Part shown: piece after piece, positions 61,040-64,000 of the stretch | Layout of the letters: every line of letters starts with the position of its first letter | Position numbering within the stretch: the stretch's first letter is position 1 | NCBI GenBank assembly: GCA_035221665.1 | Contig: CM069154.1 | Coordinates: 5,766,001 to 5,830,000, forward strand | Direction of reading: 5' to 3' | Origin: Okamejei kenojei | Lineage: Eukaryota | DNA: 64,000 nt | Program-made: the position numbers and the translations under genes | The notes under the pieces: generated by a model | Told to the model about the DNA's origin: nothing | The model's database searches: none | What the model saw: only the letters and a program-made list of their open reading frames with translations

Positions 61040-61830
61040 CACCCTTTACATTTTTTTTTTAGTATGTTAAAAGTTCGTTTGGAGGTCTAATCTTTTTATG
61101 TGGGGGTGGGGGGGAAGGGGGGAACGATTTTTCTCAGTCCCTACCTGGTCAGAGATGCGGCTTTTCTCCGGGCCGTATCTTCACCCCTTCCTTGTGGCCT
61201 ACCAACAGGATTTGAGCGGCGTTTCCTGCCGGAACCGGCCAGAACTTCGGCTTCAGCGGCGGCGCAGCGCTGGGACGCCATCGCGGTCGCGGGCGATGCT
61301 TTGCCCGGGTCGCCATACGGTGGGCGATGTTGGGAGTGCTGAGACCGCCGACTCTCAACATCGCCAGCTGTCACTGCGGAGATTCCAGCCGCGGCGGTGC
61401 TGACTCTGAACACCGCGGAGTCTGGGATCTCTCGCCGAGATCACCAGTGTCGGAGCTCCGACAGGCGCGGCCTGTGGACTTCGGGAGCCGCGGTCTCTGG
61501 CAGCAAGCGGCCGTTCCAGACACTCCAAGCCACTGAAGAATGTTCTCCCAACACCGAAGCCCCATCATCCAGCGAGAGGGCCTGAACATCGGGCCGCCGT
61601 TGCGGTGACTGTGGAGGCCTCTATAGGCCCGACCATGGGTGAACAGGGGAAGAGGACTGGACTTTGTGCCTTCCCTCACAGTGGGAACCATTGTGGGGGA
61701 ATGTTTTTATGTTTTATGTTCAATTCTTTTTAATGTGGTGTCTTACTTTTATTTGTGTGCTGCAAATGGCAACTCAAATTTCACTACACCAGAAATGGTA
61801 TATCTGACAATAAATGTCCTTTGTCCTTAA
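61040..61830 (+). repeat. GC/CpG-rich interspersed repeat of unassigned family
   Basis: Abrupt GC-rich block ending in a GACAATAAATGTCCTTTGTCC retroposon-like tail; no recognisable protein. Confidence 0.4.
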
Positions 61831-62888
61831 GTTGGTCTGAGCTTCTTCAAGAGTGTAGGTCGGTCCAACTGATATCACCACCTGGAAGGACCAGGCAGAA
61901 GCTGGCTGGTTCGACACCATTGTGAATCACCCATGGTCCCCATTGCTCTGTTACTGTTTAAAAGTGGGCATTGTATCAGAGTAGTTACATGGCTGAATTG
62001 GATATATGTTGACCTGGAACAATGATTTGTGAATGGGAGATCAAATCTAGCAAAGCAACTGGCCTATTGTTAATTAAATTCCAGGAATACAAAAGTAACA
62101 TCAGCAGTGGTATCCGTGAAACCTAGTTAGAGATGCAGTGTGGAAATGGGCCTTTCAACCCACTGAGTCCATACTGACCAGCGAACAGCCGTATACTAGT
62201 TCCAACCACACTGAGGACAATTTTCAAAAACTACTTAACTTAAAAACCTGTGTAGAAAGGAATTGCAGATGCTGGTTTATACTGAAGATAGATGTGAGGT
62301 GCTGGAGTAACTCAATGGTTATATAGCATTTCTGCTGACAAAGGATGGGTGACATTTCAGTTCTGGACCCTTCATACCCCGTTTGAAGAATGGCCCCAAT
62401 TTGAAACGTCACCCAACCTTTTACTCAAGAGATGTTGCCTGACACATTGAGTTACTCCAACAATTTATGTCTATCTTCAACTTACAAACTTGCACGTCTT
62501 TGGGATTACAGTGGATGCTATTTGCATAGAGTTTGTATGTTTGCCCTTTGACCGCATAGGTTTTCTCAGTTTGCTCTGGTTTCCTGCCACATTCCAAATA
62601 CATGCAGGCTTGTAGGTTAATTGGTTTCTGTAAATCGGTGTGTAGGATAGAATTATTGTGCAAGATAGAATGGGTGATCACTGGTCAGTGCAGACTCGGA
62701 GGGCCGAAGGGCCTGTTTCCATGAGGTATCTTTAAGTATAAATACAGAGTGCAGAATATAGTTCTCAGCATAGTAACACATCAGTTCCATATACAAAGTC
62801 CAATGTCTACCATGGGGTAGAGGTGAATTTGACAGTACCCTTGTTTATGTAAGTGCCATTAATGTTAAAATGAGGCTGAGCATTGCAT

Positions 62889-63950
62889 GACTAGGAGTAG
62901 GAGAGTAGGAGTAAACGGGTCCTTTTCAGAATGGCAGGCAGTGACTAGTGGGGTACCGCAAGGCTCGGTGCTGAGACCCCAGCTATTTGCAATATATATT
63001 AATGATTTGGACGAGGGAATTGAATGCAACATCTCCAAGTTTGCGGATGACACGAAGCTGGGTGCAGTGTTAGCTGTGAGGAGGATGCTAGGAGGCTGCA
63101 AGGTGACTTGGATAGGTTGGGTGAGTAGGCAAATGCATGGCAGATGCAGTATAATGTTGATAAATGTGAGGTTATCCACTTTGGTGGCAAAAACAGGAAA
63201 GTCGACTATTATTTGAATGGTGACCGATTAGGAAAAGGGGAGATGCAACGAGACCTGGGTGTCATGGTACACCCGTCATTGAAAGTAGGCATGCAGGTGC
63301 AGCAGGCTGTGAAGAAATGGTATGTTAGCATTCATAGCAAAAGGATTTGAGTATAGGTGCAGGGAGGTTCTACTGTAGTTGTACAGGGTTTTGGTGAGAC
63401 CTGGAATATTGCGTACAGTTTTGGTCTCCTAATCTGAGGAAAGACATTGTTGCCATAGAGGGAGTACAGAGAAGGTTCACCAGACCGATTCCTGGGATGT
63501 CAGGACTTTCATATAAAGAAAGACTGGATAGACTCGGCATGTACTCGCTAGAATTTAGAAGCTTGAGGGGGGATCTTATAGAGACTTACAAAATTCTTTA
63601 GGGGTTGGACAGGCTAGATACAGGAAGATTGTTCTCGATGTTGGGGAAGTCCAGAACAAGGGGTCACAGTTTAAGGATAAGGGGGAAGTCTTTTAGGACC
63701 AAGATGAGAAAAATATTTTTCACACAGAGAGTGGTGAATCTGTGGAATTCGCTGCCTCAGAAGGTAGTTGAGGCCAGTTCATTGCCTATATTTAAGAGGG
63801 AGTTAGATGTGGCCCATGTGGCTAAGGGGATCAGGGGGTATGGAGAGAAGGCAGGTACGGGATACTGAGTTGGATGATCAGCCATGATCATATAGAATGG
63901 CGGTGCAGGCTCGAAGGGCCGAATGCACCAATTTTCTATATTTCTATCCT
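62889..63950 (+). mobile_element. CR1-like LINE 3' portion (RT), decayed
   Basis: GVPQGSVL...KFADDTKL through to the 3' UTR; same subfamily as 44357-49150. Confidence 0.88.
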
Positions 63951-64000
63951 TCTATGACTAACCCCTGCTTCTATTTCTTATGTTCTGAGTCATCAAGTCA

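Noticed and set aside
61098-61700. GC-rich block as a CpG-island promoter or coding exon
   Set aside because: Overlapping ORFs in many frames reflect GC content, no protein motif is recognisable, and it ends in a retroposon-like tail.
477-63868. Most of the 60-130 aa ORFs in the supplied track
   Set aside because: They fall in SINEs, Penelope repeats or antisense LINE sequence and recur with near-identical translations, so they are not genes.

Overview
Eukaryotic, repeat-dense DNA, most likely from a cartilaginous fish (skate/ray type), judged from its HE1-like V-SINEs, CR1 LINEs and Penelope repeats. The host genes are two tandem minus-strand CD300/pIgR-like (MDIR-type) Ig-superfamily receptors, reconstructed by hand from splice sites and exon phases. 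Gene A (58819->32631) is complete: leader, one IgV domain, stalk, uncharged TM and an ITIM-bearing tail. Gene B (25414->past the left edge) has a leader, two ~98%-identical tandem IgV exons and stalk exons. An intact tRNA-Lys(UUU) gene lies in an intron of gene A. Mobile elements include a Tc1 IR/DR transposon, a 5'-truncated L1 with a solo LTR inside, a structurally complete but decayed DIRS element, a long CR1 with a nested Rex1/Babar LINE, Penelope-derived repeats with hammerhead-like motifs, a hairpin-ended Crypton/Helentron-like element, a Harbinger-like MITE and many SINEs. The most striking object is a 3.2 kb non-autonomous Gypsy-type LTR element (4458-7657; 216-bp LTRs, tRNA-Ser PBS, PPT, 5-bp TSD, empty paralogous site at 9967). 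Its pol gene is replaced by fragments of two host cell-cycle genes, ASPM (IQ repeats) and TLK2 (coiled coils, intronless), joined in frame to a gag remnant. All family calls come from motif recognition without database searches, and all divergence values are hand counts.
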